Shown: positions 58,695 to 64,000 of the stretch, one piece after another
Position numbering within the stretch: the stretch's first letter is position 1
Layout: every line of letters starts with the position of its first letter
Assembly (NCBI GenBank): GCA_951406725.2
Contig: OX597825.1
Location: 45,508,001 to 45,572,000, forward strand
Reading direction: 5' to 3'
Source of the DNA: Octopus vulgaris
Taxonomy: Eukaryota
Length of the DNA: 64,000 bases
The notes under the pieces: generated by a model
What the model was told of the DNA's origin: nothing
Seen by the model: the letters and a program-made list of their open reading frames with translations, nothing else
Databases searched by the model: none
Position numbers and translations under genes: made by a program

Positions 58695-61600
58695 AAAGTG
58701 ACGACGAGTAATTCAAGGCTTATGTTGGTCAAAAACAATTTTTTATGATACAAAAAATTTGTTAATTATGGACATATTACAGTTGCACCAACTACAACAC
58801 AACAACACAATCAGTTGCTGGAATTGATGTTGAAGTCGGGAAACACTGCAAGTTCATTTTTGCCAGACAGTGTTGTGAATACTATAACTGAATTTAGTTA
58901 TAACCCAGAAGAGGGTATAACTTTTTCAGTGTACTTCAGAAGATACAGAACATGAAAAATACTGCAATTTTATCTTGCCTGAAAAAACAAGTGAAATTTG
59001 TTTTGAGGAAACAATTGAATTGCTATCCAAAATGTTCAGCAATTAGGGTTCCCTGTTTAACAGTCACTGTGAGTGTTTGAACTTAGCTAAAGAAGAGGAC
59101 AAAGATTTTGTCAGCTATGCCGGAATCATAAGAAAATGTGCAAAAAATTTAAACTGAAGGAATTATCTCCAGACATGTTTAAATGCCTCATTTTTATGCA
59201 AAGATTCACAGCAAGCAAAGATGCGCAGATTCTTACGAAACTAGAACAGGAGGACCAGAATTTAACCCTGCAGGCAATTGCAGAGGAATGTTAAAGATTT
59301 ATTATCAACTTGTGACAGGACATAAAGAAAATTGAAGAAACAAATTTCTCTCAAGTACAAACATTTCGACTGGGAATAAATAAAAAAAAAATGCTACAAC
59401 CATATCCATGATATGGGTGTAGAGGTCTGCATTCTAATAAAGACTGTCCATTTAAAACTCAGAAATGTTTTAGTTGTCAAAAAATAGGACATAAAAGCTC
59501 ACACTGCATAGTGAAGCAAAAAGGGTCGGAAAAAAATTCCTCTAAAAAGGTTTACTCCACAGAATGTCATGACAACACCCCAAAAAGAAAGTATGTGTAT
59601 ATAAAAATAAATGCTGCAAACATGAATCTACAACTAGACAGAGATAGCAACATTACAATTATTGATGTGGAAGAAAATTGGAAAACCTACATTAAAGAAA
59701 ATATCTAAAGGTGCATGAGGCATCACAGGTGAAAGATTATACTTCTTAGGCAAAATTATAAGCAACATTACATTTCATGGCAAAATTTGTAAAGCAGAAG
59801 TGTTTGTGTTAAAAAGTGCAACAAACTTGTTCAGTACTGACTAGATGGAGTTGTTTGATTTATGGGACCTCCCCATAAATCTATTCTATAAAAACATAAA
59901 TGATTGTTCCTCCAGTAAGAATAAGGCATCATATGAATTGAAGAAAAAATTTCAAAATGCTTTTCCTGAAGTTTTGTCGAATAAATTAGGTTTGTCTACT
60001 AAGACTGAGGCATGTTTCCAAATTAAGGAAAATGCAATACCAGTGTTCAAACCAAAACGAATTGTACCTTTGCTGTGATAAAACATGTCGATGAAGAATT
60101 AGACAGATTAGAGAAAACTGGACTCATCAAAAAGTGGAATATGCAAAATGGGTAGCGCTAACAGTTTATCAAAAAAAAAAAGAATAACAAAATCAGGGTG
60201 TGTGTCAATTTTTCCACTGGTTTGAATGAATGTCTAAAAATGTGTTACTATCCACTACCTGCTCTGGAAGAAATTTTTGCAAAGTTAAACGGGGGCGTAA
60301 TATTTTCAAAACTGGATCTCTCTAATGTGTACCTACAGATTAGAGTAGACAAGGAATGCTCAAAATACCTATCAGTGAATATGCATAAAGGACTATATAA
60401 ATATAACAGATTACCATTTGGTCTAAAGATTGTACTTGCAATTTTTCAACAGGTTATGGATGCAATGTTAGTGGACTGTGAATTCACCTGGATGATATAT
60501 TAATTAAAAGTGAATCTCATGATCAGCATATCAACCATGTAAAATGTGTTTTTAATAAAATAAGAGATTACAGTTTCACACTGAGAAAAAATGCGAATTT
60601 TTCTTACTTAAAATTTAGGACAAATTATCGACGGGAATGGATGACAATTGGACCCGCCAAGGGCAGACGCAATTAAAAATACGTCTCCTTTGACTAATAT
60701 AATGACCTTACAAGCTTTTCTAGGTTTAGTGAATTATTATCAAAATTATATACCAAATATGCATGAATTAAGAGCTCCACTAAATCTATATTAATTTGCT
60801 AAAAATGGATGTGAAGTGGAATTATTCAAATAATTGTCTAAAGGCATTTGATGATATTAAAAAAACATTAATATTGGATTTGTCGCTGGCTCATTTCAGT
60901 CCTGCAGCAGAGATTGTTGTAGCTTCTGACGCTTCTGAATATGGCATAGGAGCAGTAATCCTACACAAATATAAAGACAGTAATATGAAGGCAGTAGTTT
61001 ATGCCTCACTTTCTCTGATAGCAGCAAAGAAAAATTATAGTCAAATAGAGAAAGAAGTTCTAGTGATCATTTCTGCCATGAAGAAATTTCACAGACTTTT
61101 GCACAGTAGAAGTTTTCAGCTACAAACTGATCACCAACCATTATTATCAATTTTGGGGTCTAAGAAAGGAATTCCTACCCATACTGCAATTAGGTTACAC
61201 TGCTGTGGTACGTTATTGTTGAATTATGTTTTTAAGATGGAGTATACACCATCCAAGAGGTTAGGCCATGCGGATTGTTTATCAAGGCTAATTCCAAAAA
61301 ATACAGAACTATTCGAAGACACTATGATTGCTGTGTTGCAAGTGAAAAATAAAATAAAAAACATTTTCTGTAGCTTCATTTGGGAGCTGCCAGCAACTGT
61401 TCAAGATATAAAAATTTAAATCTGAGAATGACAAATTCATTGCAAAGATGAAAGAAACATTGAAGGTAAAAAAAAAAAAGAAAAATATACGTAACAAAAA
61501 TGCAAACCATTTTTCTCTATGTAATAATGTGTTGATGTACACGCAAAGAGTTGTAGTACCAGCCACACTACAAGAGCGTGTATTAAGTGAATTTCATATG

Positions 61601-61770
61601 GGACACCTGGGGATTTCAAGAATGAAATCAGTAATAAGGTGTTACATGTATTAGACTCCTATGGACCGTGATATTGAATGATGATGCTCTCACAGCAAAG
61701 TCACCACTGGTGAAATTCCAATCATGGCCTGAGTCCGTGGTCCAGGCTGCTTGTAGATTTTGCTAAACCA
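58695..61770 (+). mobile_element. Degenerate Gypsy LTR-retrotransposon internal region (gag, PR, RT, RH, start of IN)
   Basis: PBS-like gtgacgacgag; CCHC knuckle CFSCQKIGHKSSHC; LQLD..S.ITII; FSKLDLS, YNRLPFG; VVASDASEYGIGAV, NYSQIEKE, TDHQPL; H.GHLGI.RMK. Confidence 0.9.
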
Positions 61771-62000
61771 GTAAAATTTGATCACATGTCCATATGTCTT
61801 TAACTTTATGGCTACTAAGCTTTACTCTAAAACACATAGCACATAGTAAATTATTACATATGTCCCTCTAAACCATTCAGGGTCCATATAAGATTTTGCT
61901 GTTAAAATTTATCTCCAATAAATTGGTTATACTTCTACAATACACAAAATATTTCAATAACTTTTTCATTAATTCCAAATGATATTTAATTATAAGTATG

Positions 62001-63766
62001 TACCATATTTTGCAGTTTATTAGATGCATTTTTTTTCTACAAAATATCTCCAAAAACCACCCTACATCCTATAAACTGAAGGTCAGTGACAGGAGCTATA
62101 AGCCATTGAAACTAAAACAAGTCCAGTGTTTCAAAATTACAGTTAATTGATAACATTTTGAGACTAGCTATTTATGAAATACAGATATAGTACTGGGATA
62201 TTGACAGAAAACAAAATTCCTCCTTCTTTTTTCTTAACAATTGAAGCCACAAAGCAGCGTCATTTATGGTAGGCACTTAAAAATAATGCTACTGTATACT
62301 ACACTATTGTTAGAACATGCTGGATATTTTCACTTTATTAGGTACCAGTAATCATATTTTCACTTTATTACCAGGTACCAGTAATCATATTTACCATATG
62401 CCATAGTTACAGTGTCAAATATTGCCAAGCAAATATGATGGCCCAACAACAGCTGTAGCAACCATTTTTGTTTATACTGATAATCACTGACAAAGACATG
62501 TCAGTATTAACTCTGAGACCCTCACTATATAGAGCTGCGTACACAACAGCATCAGCAACTGTTTCATCAGTTCAAATTGGGAGATCATCATAACTTAGGA
62601 TCAAAGGGAAATGAATAGTAATAAGATTATCTCCACCATATTGAAGTACCATAAATTTTTACATTTCCAGATACGATACCCATTTTATGTATGATGGCTG
62701 GGAAAAAGAGACATGCATACACCATACATTTTAAATTAATGGTAGTTGATTATGCCAAAATACATAGCAACAGACCTGCAGAGAGGGAGTTTGGGCTATT
62801 GAGAAGATGATAAAAGTGTGGCATCAACAAGAAGACAGATTGAGGACAGCACAGAAGAAAAAGCATAATCTTCATCGCAAACCAGCAAGATGGCCAGGAC
62901 TGGAAGATGAAATTAAGAACAAGATAATAAATGAAAGGAATTATGGTCGTGCAGTGTCTACATCAACTATAATAAATGAGGTCAGAGCTTGGGCAAAACA
63001 AAATGGGATCGAAGATTTTCGTGGCACTGCAAGCCTGTGTTACCAGTTTATGAAATGCAGTGGTTTATCAATGAGGACCCACTCTAGGATTGCCCAGAGA
63101 ATGCCTGATGAATACAAAGACAAAATCATAGAATTTCACAGGTTTGTAATTAATGCCAGAAAATAAACCATGTACAAGCTCAGCCAAATTGGAAACATGG
63201 ACTGGGTCCCCCTCAATTTTGATGTTCCTTCTAACAGGACTGTTGATTTACTTACTAATAAAAATGTAACTATTAAAACTTCAGGTAATGCAAGAGAGAA
63301 AGTGAAAACAGACTATTGTGAAGTCTTTTTAAAAATATGATGGAACAGAAGATGACCTTGTTTATGAGGCTAGTGACACTTCAGAGTTTGATATTGATGA
63401 CCCCGATGGTGTGAATGCAGAGAACAACTCTGAAAGTGATTGTTGGAATGATGAAAATAGTGATTTTTCTGGTTTTGTAGACAGCAGTGAATTTTCTGGG
63501 TATGAAGATGAATAAAATTATAGTTTTTCCTTTTTCTTTCCTCAATAATCTGATGACAGTATTTTAAAAATAAAAGTGAAGAACTCCAATAGATTTAACA
63601 TAACATTTAATGTTCTGAAGTCACAGCTGAAAGAACAAGTTGAGACAGGCTTTTGCTGATGTTCACTAACAGAGTAAATATTACTTGGTATTAAGCACTC
63701 TTGACTTTTTTTTCTGATTATTACCTTCTAAATTGGGATGCGTCTTATAAGCTGAGAAATATGGTA
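62001..63766 (+). mobile_element. pogo/Tigger-type DNA transposon remnant (ORF fragment 62807-63166)
   Basis: TIRs TAccatattt..cag.ttat.aga.gca at both ends; CENP-B-type HTH (WPGLED...F.....LS.R) and IGNMD..PL.FD. Confidence 0.85.
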
Positions 63767-64000
63767 ATAGGATATTTTAACATCGAATGGCTAGAAGGTT
63801 CCACCTGAGTAAAATTGGAATCAAAGGGGTTCATAAGCAAAAATGGTTGAGAAACAATGCAATTGTCAATGTCACCTCGTTTTTAACAACAAAATATATG
63901 TATTGATTTTATAAATACCTTGAGGAAGTCATCCACCATCACTAACTTGCAAGATTACTGATTAAAAAGCAAAGGTTTTTGCGTATTATATGGCAGGCAA

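Overview
AT-rich animal genomic DNA. A coleoid cephalopod (Octopus-like) source is inferred from the SINE/LINE tails and the extreme (TA)n load. The window is almost entirely repeats: CR1-like and RTE LINEs, SINEs, Penelope-like elements with hammerhead-ribozyme-like motifs, Helitrons, Tc1/mariner/pogo, hAT, piggyBac, Chapaev-like and Gypsy remnants. Only one host exon is recognisable, a 50-nt + strand exon at 49184-49233 resembling the penultimate exon of AAGAB/p34, so much of the window is probably intronic. Main structures: (i) a composite non-autonomous RTE-tailed retroelement whose 5' end is a near-perfect array of 333-bp monomers, with a second copy carrying a different 5' repeat joined at the same point; (ii) a ~9.7-kb palindrome (3109-12799) centred on a foldback-like element and ending at a 100-N gap, possibly an assembly artefact; (iii) several variant hammerhead folds; (iv) covarying 3' stem-loops shared by LINEs and SINEs. 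Coordinates were read by eye, and degenerate element boundaries are approximate.
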